Counted from the first letter of the stretch, positions 25,335 through 39,039 are shown. The stretch: DNA of 64,000 bases from Eledone cirrhosa (GCA_964016885.1 OZ024741.1:322834001-322898000), one strand, 5' to 3'. Numbers and translations: made by a program. The notes: generated by a model from the sequence alone, not told the origin.

Positions 25335-26296
25335 CTATGTTGGGATAAATGATTCTTAATCGAAACCATTCAATGTGGGAGTCAGACTTCACCAAGGGTG
25401 CGTACTGTCACCTCACCCGTTCATTCTTTTTATGAGCCCGATTTACACGCGTAGCTGGGTTGAAAGTGGTAGCACAGCTGGCAGGTGTAAAATCAGTCGG
25501 CTGGAATTTGCAGACGGCACGGTGTTACTTAACTCGACAGAAGGTGATCGCTGACTTGTACTTGATAGGTTTGATGCCGAGTGCTGCATGGCTAGAATGA
25601 AAATGAGTGCTGCGGAAACGGAGACACTCGTCTTCTTAAGGAAGCCGGCGTAGTGCACTCTGCATGCGAATGGAGTTCAATTGAAGCAGGTAGAAATGTT
25701 CAAGTATCACGGGGTCGTGTTCACGAGTGATAGGGGACTGAATTAACTGTAAGAATTTCAGGAGTTGTACAATAATGCGCCAACTTCAGCATTCAATAAT
25801 CAGAAGAAGGGGGGGCAGGTGTAAAAGCCAAACTCGCTATTTTCAAATCGGTATTCGTGCCAACTCTTATCTATGGTCATGAATCTTAAAGAATACGATC
25901 ACGAATACAAGCGGTCGAAACTGGATTTCTCCAAAGGGCCTTTGAAGTAACGTTACTTAATAAAGTGCGTAGCTCGGATATCAGTGAGTCACTCCCGATA
26001 GAACTGCTACTTCTCCGAATTGAGAGATCACAGTTCTGATATTACGGGCATGTGGCTAGAATGTCTCAGGAACGAATAGCTGGACAGATTTTACGAGCAA
26101 AAGCAACCGGCAGGACAACCAGGAGTAGAGCCCGACCAAGATGGTTGGGTAATATCTATGAGCTTGGCTTGTCTCGCTTGGGGATCCAGCCGCATCAGCT
26201 GGAGACGGTTGCTTCTGACAGGACTCGCTGGAAGAAATGTTTGAGGACTCTGCCGCCACGACCCTCACAGGAATAGGTGGGCGAAGAAGAAGAAGC
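25335..26296 (+). pseudogene. RTE-clade LINE RT C-terminal remnant
   Basis: LHQGCVLSP, QVEMFKY, VFVPTLIYGHES, YYGHVARM..GRTTRSRARPRW; (GAA)n tail. Confidence 0.85.
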
Positions 26297-26339
26297 TCTA
26301 GCACCACATTAGTCAATGAGTACTTATTTTCTTTCTGGA

Positions 26340-27185
26340 AATATAGAGTGCATGACTATGGAGTACACGGTTGGAGAGTATATGACTGTAGAGTGCATGA
26401 CAGTAGATTACACAGTTGTACGGTACTTGGTTGAAGAGTACTTGAGTGTAGAGTACTTGAGTGTAGAGTACTTGAGTGTAGAGTACTTGAGTGTAGTGTA
26501 CATGCGTGTAGTGTACATGATTGTAGAGAACACAACTGTTGAATACATAGCTGTAGAGTACTGAAAGTAGATTATATGGTTATGGGGTACATTACTGTAG
26601 TGTTCATGCCTGTGAAGTACATGACTGTACAGTAGATGGTTGTACAGTACATGTCTGTGAATTACTTGATTGTGGTGGACATGGCTGTAGATTACATGAC
26701 TGTAGAGTACATTGTTGTACAGTAGATGGCTATGGAAAGACTGGAGTACATGACTGTAGATTACATGATTGTAGAGTACATGGTTGTACAGTACATGGTT
26801 ATGGAAAGACTGTAGAGTACATGACTGTAGAGTACATGACTGTAGAGTACATGATTGTAGAGTACATGGTTGTACAGTACATGGTTGTACAGTACATGGC
26901 TATGGAAAGACTGTGGAGTACATGACTGTAGAGTATAATGGATATAGTTTTCATGGCTGGAGAATACATAGATGTAGAGTACATGGCCAGAAGTTACATG
27001 ACTGTACAGTAGATGACTGCAGAATGCATGACTGTAGAGTGTGTGGCTGTAAATTACATGACCAGGGAGTACATGCTTATAGAGTGCATTACTACAAAAG
27101 ACTTGGTTGCAGAGTATATGACTGGAGAGTACATGACCGGAAAGTACATAGATACAGAATATACGACTGGTGGATACTTTGCAGC
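26340..27185. repeat. 15-bp minisatellite (AGAGTACATGACTGT)n
   Basis: Direct reading; degenerate units. Confidence 0.9.
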
Positions 27186-27307
27186 AGAAGGTGATCAGGA
27201 TTTTTGAGTTTTGGGGTTTCCTGATCAAACCAGATGGTGGTTTCTCACCCGTGTGTGGGTGGGTAGGTTACCCTTATTTTCGTATTATTTGTAGTTTTAC
27301 ATATCTC

Positions 27308-27590
27308 TATGTATGGCTTAGTAGTTGAGATGTTAGGCTCACGATTGTATGGTCGTGAATTTGATTCTCAGACCGAGTGGTACGTTGTAACCTTCAACAG
27401 GGTGCTTTATTTTAAGTTGATCCGGTTCACTCAGATGGACAGGAATTAGTTGCGTCGTCACAGGAACCAAACTGTATCGGCCTCTACCAGTGGTATGGAG
27501 ATTGGAAACGTGCATGAATGGACAACTGCTGTCTTCCACAAAATAACTTGCTCAGGCTTGTGCCTTGGAGACGAACTTTCCAAGAACGAT
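27308..27590 (+). mobile_element. Old tRNA-head SINE (CORE-like)
   Basis: TGGCTTAGTAGTTGAG A-box-like and GAATTTGATTCTC B-box-like motifs, followed by a degenerate body. Confidence 0.45.
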
Positions 27591-27825
27591 TTTAATAATA
27601 ATTGGTTCTACATTTGACACATGGTTAGCTATTTGAAGGGAAGGAAAAGACGAGTAAATCGACCCCAGTGCGTTACTGGTACTTCATTTTATGGACACTA
27701 TATAGACGATAAGCAGAGATAACCTCGGCGGGACTTGAACTCATAACGTATGTAGCAAAGTATGTTCTCTGACGCTCTACCGATATAGCTAATCCATCGG
27801 CCTACTGAAGGTGGTGTTTTAAAAA

Positions 27826-27958
27826 TAATTGTTTCTACTTTAGGCACAAGGCCAGCAATTACCCAGTGCATTACTGGTACTTTATTTTATCGACCCCGTA
27901 AGGATGAAAGGCAAAGTCAACCTCGGCGGGATTTGAACTCAGATCGTAAAGGGACGTA
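27826..27958 (-). mobile_element. Meta-type SINE, 5'-truncated (older copy at ~27600-27800)
   Basis: Homology. Confidence 0.85.
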
Positions 27959-28050
27959 TAGTAATATATATATATATATATATCTCGTTTCTGAATTTGT
28001 TTAGCAAGATTCTTTATCTGAAAACGTGTGTTGAAACCGATATTGTTATA

Positions 28051-28624
28051 CTTTGGGAGGGCCATGTTGCCAATAAGAAACACACGCACCAGTTGCTTCA
28101 CTTCAATTTATTATAATAAATTTATAAATTTAGGAATTTATAAATTTCCGGTTGGTTGGTTGGTTCCACAACCAGAAGATTGTTTATATATTGTCAAAGT
28201 TCTTTCGTCACACATTATGTGACCTCTTCAGTGACTGGGGATTCTTTTCTTTGTTTTTGTGCCTCTCCTTTGTTCTGTCCTACGCCATCTTGTTTTTGTG
28301 TGTGTTGTGTGCTTAGTTTGCGCATGTGTTATATCCGGGTGTCTGTGTGTGTTTATTTATTTGTTTATTTACATGTTACTGGTTGGTTGTTTGTTCTATG
28401 TGCGTGTGTGTTTTCATTTTGTCCTTAATTGTAAGTTGTGATGTTGCTGTTCCATTCATGTTTTCTATTTAATTTTGGTTGGAGTTCATTTATGTTTATT
28501 GCCTCTGTGATTTGTCTAAACATTGCGTCTTTTATAAATTTATAATTTATTGTAATAAATTGAAGTGAAACAACTGGTGCGTGTGTTTCTTATTGGCAAC
28601 ATGACCCTCCCAAAGTATAACAAT
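28051..28624. repeat. Fold-back non-coding element
   Basis: 28051-28150 is inverted at 28532-28624. Homolog at ~54470-54740. Confidence 0.75.
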
Positions 28625-28633
28625 ATATATATA

Positions 28634-31600
28634 TCATTATCTATAAAAGGCAGATTGTTGTTGCGTGTGCATGTTCCATGTTTATACATTTGCACAATTT
28701 CAAACCGATTCGACTTAAAGTCTGTAAGAATGTTGTAAATGGTCAACCTTAGGTCAACGACTATTTATTTCATTCAAACTCACCCACATTTACGGAAATA
28801 ATCGATAAAACTAAATACATGACGCTTATAAACCCACTCCTTAATAATTTCCTTTAGAGAGAGAGAAAAAATAAAGGAGTGAGCTAGAGAGTGAGAGACA
28901 GAGACAAACGTTACCAAACTACAATTATTCAAAAGCAACAGATAAATTTATTCAACAATCTCTTATATACGCTTAAAATCTTTATTTAAAACATCTATCA
29001 TTCAACTCACACACAATTACATTTTGTATATAACATATTTACGCGTTTATTGAGTGAAAAAAAAAACACATAGGGATTTTTAGCCAAACAACTTCAAATT
29101 GCTGACAGAAGCGCGCTTTCAACAAACTGTGAGTTATTTATTTGCCGTTCGTTCTCCCATTTTTCCCCCTGCTGAACGCAGACAGTTTTCAGCCTTATAC
29201 TTTCAAAGGCAATTTTGCTGTAGAAGTAACTTTCATTCTTTCTTTTTCACATAAAATGCCACCTAAAAAGTGAAGTCGCCTCGGTCGCCATACCGCGTCA
29301 GCGGCGGCGCAGAGGGCGATTACAGCAAACGAGTCCCCCGAGGAAACTGCTTTAAGACTTTCACAGAGCGCCTTATGTTCAGCGGAATGCAGAGCTGCTG
29401 AAAGTTTTCAACAACGCACCACACGCCTAGCCAAGATGGCTTCATACGACGCCTCGAGACGTGCTGCGATGTGCGATTCAGAGCGGGCGATACGTCATTC
29501 CACAAACACGCTTCTACTGCTGCTTCCATGTCTTCAGAGGGTCCGGAACAAAGGTTGACTCGCCTGAATAGAAACGCTGCTGCTACTGCTGCTTCCAGGG
29601 CTTCAGAGGGCCCGGAACAAAGGGCGGCTCGACTGACTAGAAACGCTGCGGCTACTGCTGCTTCCAGGGCTTTGGAAGGTTTGCAACGGCGGACGAATCG
29701 CCTTGCTAGGAACGCTGCGGCTATGACTGCTTCCATGGCTTCTGAAGATGCAGACGGGCGCTCCATTAAGATTGCAAGGGTGGCTTCTGCTACTGCTGCG
29801 AGAGCTTCCCACGACCCACAGGAGCAACATTCTACGTTGGAGCGGAACAGTCGACGACAAGAAGCTGCCCGCGGTGTGACGAGCTCCAACAGCCCATACT
29901 GGCACCTACGGGCTTTCAAGTATGAGCCCAACGTTAACTACTCGATGCGTGCCGACATAAATATAGGGGAAAAGCGCTTCAATTGCAAATTCTGCAATGC
30001 TAAAAAGTGGGCTGGGGAGCCACCTGCAATGTGCTGCTTAAACGGTAAGGTCAGCTTGCCCCCTCTTGGGGAACCCTAGAGCCTTTGAAGGAACTACTTA
30101 CTGGTTCTACCTCAAGGTCATCCAAATTCCTTCAACTCATCAGGAAGTACAATTGTGCGTTTCAAATGACTTCTTTCGGGGCTAACGTTGTCAGAGAAAG
30201 TGGTTGGATGCCTACTTTCAAGGTCCAGGGGCAGGTGTACCATCTTATTGGGTCTCTCCAGCCACTACAAAATTGCAAGCCTTCGTTCCTTCAAATTTAC
30301 TTCATGTCTAACTGCAGTAGGCAAGTTGATGCGCTGTTCGGCGTTATTCCAACACCTGCAAACACTGACGCTGACACTTTTGAAAGGGTCATGCTGCTCG
30401 GTCTTCAAAACATGCTTCATGAGCACAACAGTTATATACGCATTGGAAACAAATCCTTCACCAAACTTTACCATTGTCATCGATGCTAACAAAAGACCTT
30501 CTGAGGAGCACGCACGCCGTTATAACGCTCCTTCGTGCAATGAAGTGGCCGTAGTTATCCATGGTGAACAGCACAATAAGCAAGACATAGTTCTTCAAAG
30601 TCGTGACAGTGGTCTTCGACGTATTAATGAGACGCATCGTTCATACGACGCCCTGCAATATCCCCTTCTCTTTGCATACGGAGAAGACGGGTACCATTTC
30701 GGCATTCCTCAGCGCAAACCAAACGAGCCCACTGCTGCGACATCTAAAACTGTTTCATGTATGGCTTTATACTCATACCGCTTCATGACGAGGCCTAACG
30801 ATTTCAGCCCCCTGCACAGGTCACGGGAACTGTTTCACTTTCACCAGTTTGCAGTTGGAGTCGGTGGAGTCGGAGAGACTGTGCTTCATAAAATTGAATC
30901 AGAAGCAGCTGCGCTCAGACTCCTACATCCATTTGCGCGACGGCATCAGGAATGACACTGACCCCCGGAACATCGGCAAAATGTGCATTCTCCCCTCAAG
31001 CTATACGGGGGGGGGGGGGGGGAACATGCACGAGCGAATGCAGGACGCTATGACGTTCGTTCGGCATTATGGGCGCCCCGATTTATTCATCACGTTTACG
31101 TGTAACCCCAAGTGGGTTGAGGTTACGCGGGAACTTATCCCAGGGCAGCAGTACTGCCATCGGCATGATATTATTGCCAGAGTTTTCACGCAGAAGCTGG
31201 CTAAGCTAATTGATCTAATAAAAAAAGGGAAGGTTTTCGGGCCTGTTAGGTGCCACATGTATACTGTTGAGTGGCAGAAGAGAAGGTTGCCACACGCGCA
31301 CATTTTGGTTTGGTTGGTCACCAAAATAGACCCTACAGTTCTAGATGACGTCATCGCAGCGGAAATACCGGACCCGGTTGTTGACCGGCAGCTGTACAAC
31401 ATTGTGAAGGCACACATGGTGCACGGTCCGTGTGGTCCCGGTTTTCAACAGTTCTCTTCATGCCACAAGGATCATGTGTGCACTAAACGATACCCAAAGA
31501 AGTTTGTTGAGGAGACCCAGACCGGTGGCGACGGATACCCACTGTACAGACGAAGGCGGCCTGAGAACGGTGGATTCACTATGGGGTTTCGGGGTCATCA

Positions 31601-34600
31601 AGTTGATAATAGGTGGGTGGTCCCGTACTGTCCATTTCTAATGAAAACTTTCAACGCTCATATAAATGTGGAGTTCTGTCATTCAGTGAAGTCGATAAAG
31701 TACATATGTAAATATGTTAACAAGGGTTCCGACGCTGCCATGTTCGGCCTTCAAAACGACAATAGCAGGGACGAGGTCTCAGAGTACTTGGCAGGTCGAT
31801 ATATCAGCAGTGGTGAAGCTTTTTGGCGGATATTTGGGTTTCCACTTCACCAAAGGCACCCCGCCATCATACAAGTAGTGGTTCATTTGGAAAACGGCCA
31901 GCGGGCTTACTTTACTGAACAGACTGCTGCTCATTTGGCGGCCAATCCAAAGAAACAACTTTGACTGTTTTTTTTACGCTTTGCCAACTTGACACATTTG
32001 CAAAAACACTTTCATATCCTCAGGTCCCGTCCTACTACGTATGGTCAAACAACACTTGGGTGCGTTGGAAGTCAGGTCAGGATGTTGAAGGACATCCTGG
32101 TGTCAAGTTTGACAGTTGTCTAGGAAGAGTGTACACTGTACCTCCCAACCAGCATCAGTGTTTTCACCTGCGCATTCTCCTCCATGAGGTTTTTGGCCCA
32201 CAAAGCTTTCGAGACATAAGAACTGTTGACGGTGAATTATGTGATACTTTCCGGGAAGCCTGCTTTAGGCGTGGCCTTTTGGAGGATGATTCACAATGGG
32301 GCGCCACTATGGCAGAGGGTGTTTTGTTGAAATCTCCTAAAAGACTAAGATCGCTTTTCGCTATTCTACTCCTATGGTGCGACTTGGGTGATCCGGCCTC
32401 TTTATGGCTTAGCTACAAAGATTACATCTCTGAAGATTTCCTGCGTCACGCTCAGTTGCTAAACCCATCGATAGAGGTCGGGTACAGTGACCTCATTTAC
32501 AACAGGGCGCTGCTTGAAAACGAAGATACTGTTCTCGATATGGGCGGTAGTGCGTTGGCGGTGTATGGCCTACCTACAACAAACCGGGAAGGCGCAAACA
32601 CTCTGTCTTCGGATTTGCTGCGTGAGACATCTTATAATGTTGACGAGCTTGCCCAGTACATAGCGGAGAATGAGCCAAAGCTCCTTCCAGAACAGAAATT
32701 CGCTTACAACTCCGTTGTTAATTCTGTCTGGGGCAAAGCTGGCGGGATTTTTTTCCTGGACGCTCCTGGGGGACTGGGAAAACTTTTGTCACCAAATTAA
32801 TATTAGCTGAGATTAGGCGAACAGAAGGCATTGCTTTAGCTGTGGAATCATCTGGAATTGCGGCTACTTTGTTGCCGGGCGGCAGGACAGCTCATTCCTA
32901 TTTCGCTTGACTTAGCGAAGACTGAGACACCCACTTGCAACATCAGTAAGAGCTCCGATCAAAGAGAAGTGTTCAGACGATGCAAGCTTATCGTTTGGGA
33001 CGAATGCACGATGGCCCACAGAGGTGCTCTTGAGGCGCTAGATAGAACTCTGAGAGACATCAAAGACTCTACGGCTCCCATGGGAGGCATAACACTTTTT
33101 CTTTCAGGGGACTTCAGGCAAACGCTTCCCGTTATTCCCAAGGGGACTAGAGCTGATGCAGTACGTGCGTGTCTTAAGTCATCCGCATCGTGGCCCCTGG
33201 TGAAGACTCTGAAACTTCACACTAACATGCGTGCTCATATGCGAGGTGATATCACATCAGCAGCATTTTCTCACACCCTCCTTGCACTTGGCGATGGCAA
33301 AACGCCCGGGGATGAAAAAGGTAATATTGCCATCGACTCACTTTGTACCGTTGTTAGTACGCCTTCTGATCTCAGGGATGCAGTGTTCCCAGATGTCCAA
33401 GCAAATTATCAGAATATGGATTGGCTTGCCCAAAGGGCTATTCTAGCCCCGAGGAATAAAACTGTTAACCATATTAATGATCAAATGCTAAAACTCATTC
33501 CTGGGGATGGCTACGTATATAAGTCTATCGATAGAACTCCTGACCCCGAGGACGTCATCAACTATCCAATAGAGGTACTAAATTCATTTGAGCCCCCCGG
33601 ATTACCCCCACACATTTTGAAACTTAAAGTTGGTGCCCCTATAATGGTCATTCGAAATTTGGTTCCGCCGAAACAATGCAATGGCACACGTTTGGTCGTT
33701 AAGTCCTTAGCTTCCAATCTGATAGAGGCCACGATAATCACAGGGTGCGGTCGGGGCAAGGTTGTGCTCATACCGAGGATGCATCTTTTCCCATCAAGAG
33801 CAGACCTACCTTTCACATTTCGGAGGTCCCAGTTCCCGGTCAGGCCATGCTTCGCAATGTCAATTAACAAAGCGCAGGGACAAACAGTGTCTGTCGCGGG
33901 AATACATTTGGGGGAGCCGTGTTTCTTTCATGGTCAGCTTTACGTTGGCTGCTCGCGTGTCGGCAGCAAGAGTGATGATTTCGCGTTCGTTCCGCAAGGA
34001 AAAATAAAAAATATTGTGTACAAGGAGGTTTTATAGGATTACCTCGATTCCTAATTTTATAACTTTTTAATTTTTTTATTTTTTGCCCTTTCGTGAGTAC
34101 TTTCTAAGTAGGTTAACCTTTACTGCAGTGCACTGGACACTCCCCACCATCTGCCGTACAAAGGCTGATTCTCGCGGCGTTACAAAGCTTCATTGCAACT
34201 CCGACCCTACCCAAATATCAGCTGTTGCTCCTCACCAACCCCCGTTTGGTGGGCCTCGGAGGACCGTGGGCAGGTTAGTATTTCACCTCCGTACGACTCT
34301 CAAAGGGTGAACAATGCTTTAATGACAGGATTTCCATTTGTAGGCGGTTCCCTGCAATTACTTCACACTTTACCAACACCTGGCCTCCGCTCAGCTCTAT
34401 TTCGCTCCCTCTGTCGGCACAGCAGCAGGCTAATCTTCTATGTCCGACGTACATGATGCACCAACCATACAATGACCCCTCTTCCTTTTTGGGGGTTGTC
34501 ATAATTCGACAATATTTTCAGGCCCCTGTTTGCGGTTCCCTCAATCCACCCCCTCCGCCGTTAAAACATGTCATGCAGAACAACTCCATCGCAGTTCTGT

Positions 34601-34856
34601 TGTTCGGCTGGCATCGTCTATGCGCGTGTTGCGCAAGTACTGTGAAACAATAAATTTGAACACTTCTTTGCACAGAGATAATATTAATAGGCGAAACTAC
34701 AATTGTCACTGCTGGTGCAGCTCCTGCTTCGGCAGTACAGGTTTGCAATTCATTCAACCAGTGCCTGGCAGACAAAAAAATGCTGCCATAAAATGGGTGG
34801 TGCAACCTAACTTTGGTAACTTACTGACCCCGAGCAATGCCGGGCTTTAATGCTAG
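28634..34856 (+). mobile_element. Helitron (autonomous-type, decayed)
   Basis: 5' TC start after (TA)n (28634 or 28640). 3' hairpin CCCGAGCAATGCCGGG (34828-34844) followed by CTAG then T. Internal Rep-helicase ORF. Confidence 0.92.
29256..34036 (+). pseudogene. Helitron Rep/helicase (HUH endonuclease plus Pif1-family helicase), frameshifted
   Basis: Zn finger CKFC..CCLNGKV; Rep motifs FITFTCNPKW, VEWQKRRLPHAHIL, KYICKYVNKG; helicase motifs DAPGG.GK, VWDE, GDFRQTLP, AMSINKAQGQT, HGQLYVGCSRV. Several stops and frameshifts. Confidence 0.93.
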
Positions 34857-34880
34857 TATATATATATATATATATATATA

Positions 34881-35488
34881 TAATTCTTTCCATTGGAAAT
34901 TCTCTGTATTTCCAATCTTTTGATTAGTGAAACCGTCGGTAACGGCAATAGAACAGGTAAATATTTAAATCGTTTTTTAATTTAGTTAAAAGATTGTTTG
35001 ATGATTACTTGTTCCGCTCATTTTAATAGTTCTGGTATCTCAAATTAGTACCATCGAACCACGGCTATTATAAACACCATGCATATTTCTGTAGGTACTT
35101 AGTGCCTGTTGGAATATCCATACCCTTTTAAATTTAATTTCCTATATGTAGAGAACAAAACGTTGTATCGCGCTGCTATTTTTAGCGGTATGATCAACAA
35201 GTTTATAATATCCCGCTTTTACTTATGGCCTATTTTTGTGTGTGGGTCACTTTAACGGCTTGACCCCATGCAACGGGTAGGAAGCGATATATTCTGTTAC
35301 TATGAGGCTTTATACCCTTATAGTATGGAAATAGCTGTCTGAAGATCTAATTCTTTCCATTGGAAATTCTCTGAATTTCCAATCTTTTGATTAGTGAAAC
35401 CGTCGGTAACGGCAATAGAACAGGTGAATATTTAAATCGTTTTTTAATTTATTTAAAAGATTGTCTGATGATTACTTGTTCCGGTCAG

Positions 35489-35490
<2 letters not shown>
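34881..35490 (+). mobile_element. Terminally redundant 467-nt HHR unit (family J; retrozyme-like)
   Basis: 34881-35014 is repeated at 35348-35483. No credible ORF. (TA)n on both sides. Confidence 0.8.
35334..35413 (+). ncRNA. Type I hammerhead with extended stem II (family J)
   Basis: GCTGT-CTGAAGA-TCTAAT..ATTGGAAATT ctctg AATTTCCAAT..ATTAGT-GAAA-CCGTCGG-TA-ACGGC. Confidence 0.85.
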
Positions 35491-35523
<33 letters not shown>

Positions 35524-35899
35524 TTTGGGTTGTGCTATTTCGTTTTTCTATATGATATATATTCTTTTCCTTTTCTGGTGTCTTTTGTATTTGAGAATTA
35601 AGTGCAATCAAATATTAAGTTGAGGTGTCCCTAAATATATTTATGAATAGTTTTGTAGCTTCGTTGTATGAATAGAATGTGACTATGAAATAAGAGGGTA
35701 GAGATGAAACAAACCTCTCGTGACCATTTTTGCCATTTTTGTTTGTAAAGATAGCAGACTAAAGTCCAGGCCTTTCTTTATAGGATTTAGTTAAGTTTTC
35801 GGAATACGATTATAACAGGAGAAAAAACAAGAAAAAGAAAGCAAATAGAATGTGGGGAGTGAAATGAGGAAGATAAAAGCTCTACACAATTAGATGTAG

Positions 35900-38130
35900 A
35901 GTATATCAACTATTTTATATATCTCAACTGTATGGTATATCCCAATTGTGTGGTATATCTCTACTGTGTAGTATATCTCAGCTATGTGATATATCTCAGA
36001 TGTGTGGTATATCCCAACTGTGTAATATATCTCTACTGTGTGATATATCTCTACTGTGTGATATATCTCTACTGTGTGATATATCTCAACTGTGTGGTAT
36101 ATCTACTGAGTGGTATATCTCAACTGTCTGATATATCTCAGCTGTGTGATATACCTCAGCTGTGTGGTATATCTCTACTATGTGATATACCTCAACTGTG
36201 TGGTATATCTCAACTGTGTGGTATATCTCAACTGTGTGGTTATATCTCAACTGTGTGGTTATATCTCTACTGTGTGGTATATCTCAACTGTGTGGTATAT
36301 CTCAACTGTGTGGTATATCTCAACTGTGTGGTATATCTCAACTGTGTGGTATATCTCGACTGTGTGGTATATCTCAACTGTGTGGTATATCTCAACTGTG
36401 TGGTATATCTCGACTGTGTGGTATATCTCGACTGTGTGGTATATCTCGACTGTGTGGTATATCTCGACTGTGTGGTATATCTCTACTGTGTAGTATATCT
36501 CTACTGTGTGGTATATCTCTACTGCGTGTTATATCTCAGATGTGTGGTATATCTCAGCTGTGTGATATATCTCAACTGCGTGGTATATCTCAAATGCGTG
36601 GTATATCTCAAATGCGTGGTATATCTCAAATGCGTGGTATATCTCAACTGTGTGGTATATCTCAACTGTGTGGTATATCTCAACTGTGTGGTATATCTCA
36701 ACTGTGTGGTATATCTCTACTGTATGATATATCTCAGCTGTGTGGTATATCTCTACTTTCTGGTATATCTCAGCAGTGTGGTATATATCAACTTTGTAAT
36801 ATATCTCAACTGTGTGATATATCTATTGTGTGGTATATCTCTACTGTGTGGTATATATCTACTGTGTGATATATCTCAGCTGTGTGTATATATCACTGTG
36901 TGATATATCTAACTGTGTGGTATATATCAGCTGTGTGATATATCTCAGCTGTGTGGTATATCTCAACTGTGTAATATATCTCAAATGTGTGGTATATCTC
37001 TACTGTGTGGTATATCTCTACTGTGTGGTATATCTCTGCTGTGTGGTATATCTCTACTGCGTGATATATATTAGCAGTGTGGTATATCTTAGTGGTGTGG
37101 TATATCTCAACTGTGTGGTATATCTCTACTGTGTGGTATATCTCAGCTATGTGATATATCTCAGCTATGTGATATATCTCTACTGTGTGATATATCTCAA
37201 CCGTGTGGTATATTTTAGTAGTGCGGTATATATCAACTGTGTGATATATCTCTACTGTATAATATATCCACTGTGTGGTATATATCTACTATGTGGTATA
37301 TCTCAGCTGTGTGGTATATCTCAGTTGTGTGGTATATCTCAACTGTATAATATATCTACTGTGTGGTATATCTCAGCTGTGTTGTATATCTCAGCTGTAT
37401 GGTATATCTCAGCTATGTGGTATATCTCAGCTATGTGGTATATCTCAGCTATGTGGTATATCTCAGCTATGTGGTATATCTCAGCTATGTGGTATATCTC
37501 AGCTATGTGGTATATCTCAGCTATGTGGTATATCTCAGCTATGTGGTATATCTCAGCTATGTGGTATATCTCAGCTGTATGGTATATCTCAGCTGTATCG
37601 TATATCTCAGCTGTGTGGTATATCTCAGCTGTGTGGTATATCTCAGCTGTGCGATATATCTCAGCTGTGTGGTATATCTCAGCTATGTGGTATATCTCAG
37701 CTATGTGGTATATCTCAGCTGTGTGGTATATCTCAGCTGTGTGGTATATCTCAGCTGTGTGGTATATCTCAGCTGTGTGGTATATCTCAGCTGTGTGGTA
37801 TATCTCAGCTGTGTGGTATATCTCAGCTGTGCGATATATCTCAGCTGTGCGATATATCTCAGCTGTGCGGTATATCTCAGCTGTGCGGTATATCTCAGCT
37901 ATGTGGTATATCTCAGCTGTGTGGTATATCTCAGCTGTGTGGTATATCTCAGCTGTGTGGTATATCTCAGCTGTGTGGTATATCTCAGCTGTGTGGTATA
38001 TCTCTACTGTGTGGTATATCTCAACTGTGTGGTATATCTCAACTGCGTGGTACATATCAGCTGTGTGATATATGTCAGCTGTGCCTTATTTCTCAACTAT
38101 GCGTGGTATCTAAACTGTGTGGTATATCAC
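35900..38130. repeat. 18-bp minisatellite (GTGGTATATCTCAGCTGT)n
   Basis: Over 100 units in variant blocks. Confidence 0.97.
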
Positions 38131-38379
38131 AGGTATGCCCCATGGTCATGATGGTGGAAATATTACCACGAAGAAAAGCCATCCATACTGGTTGCATAAG
38201 CCACTTCACCTCGCGTGGCTCCTTTTACAAGCGGAATGCCTTCTTCCCGATTTAGTGGAGTAAAATGAGGCACCAAGGGTCGAAGATGCCAGAAGTTTCA
38301 ATGACGGCCGACAAAAAAATAAAGGTGATAGTCAGATATATTGATATTACTTAACGTTCTGTGTTTAAACCCCGCTTTT

Positions 38380-38555
38380 AGAGCGTTGGACAAAATACTT
38401 TGTGGTATTTATCACAGCTCTTTACGTTCTGAGTTACCAAGGTTAGCTTTGGCTTTCATCCTTACGGGATTGATAAAATAAAGTACCAGGGTCGATTTAA
38501 TCGTCTTTCTCCCTCTCCCCAAATTGCTGGTTTTGTGCCTAAATAAGAAATCATT
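38380..38555 (+). mobile_element. Degenerate Meta-type SINE
   Basis: GGCTTTCATCCTTACGGGATTGATAAAATAAAGTACCAG. Confidence 0.7.
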
Positions 38556-38579
38556 ATTTTAAAGATGATATATATAATA

Positions 38580-38632
<53 letters not shown>

Positions 38633-38974
38633 AAGCAAAGAAAATTTCAAAGATACGAAAGATTTCCTGGTGGAAGTTCAGGTGCACTCCGGGTTGGTAT
38701 CCAGTTTCGAGGTGAAAATCCAATCAGAAAATCCAACGAATTTTGAATGTATATATATATTTTTTTTTTTCTTTTTTCTTTTCTTTCTTCTTTTTTCTTT
38801 ATTTATCTCTCCCTTTCTTTTCTCCACATTTCTCTCTATCTCTCCGTCTTTTTACTTATCCTTAACACAACAACTTACTAAAATAAACAAACCACTATCC
38901 TGATGTCGTCCAAAAGTAATGGTCGCATTTTGAAAGGATACGTCAATGTTTATTTATAAAACTGGTATACATTG

Positions 38975-39039
38975 TATTTTGTCTGATGAAGGCATACCAT
39001 AATTTAACTTGGTATCCTTGAAATATGTATAATGAAATA
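38975..39039 (+). ncRNA. Type I hammerhead (family D)
   Basis: TATTTTGT-CTGATGA-AGGCATACCA..TGGTATCCTT-GAAA-TATGTA-TA-ATGAAATA. Confidence 0.88.

Noticed and set aside
22610-27185. CRISPR-like appearance of regular repeats
   Set aside because: Head-to-tail tandem units without unique spacers, no cas genes, eukaryotic context.
28150-28200. Possible HHR in the 28051/54470 family
   Set aside because: Core reads CTGGTTG or CCGATTG and stems I and III do not pair.
29320-29931. 203-aa minus-strand ORF
   Set aside because: Antisense shadow of the Helitron N-terminal repeat region.
35932-38255. Long Cys/Tyr/Val-rich ORFs (up to 412 aa)
   Set aside because: Open in several frames on both strands because the 18-bp unit lacks stops; no unique flanking coding sequence.
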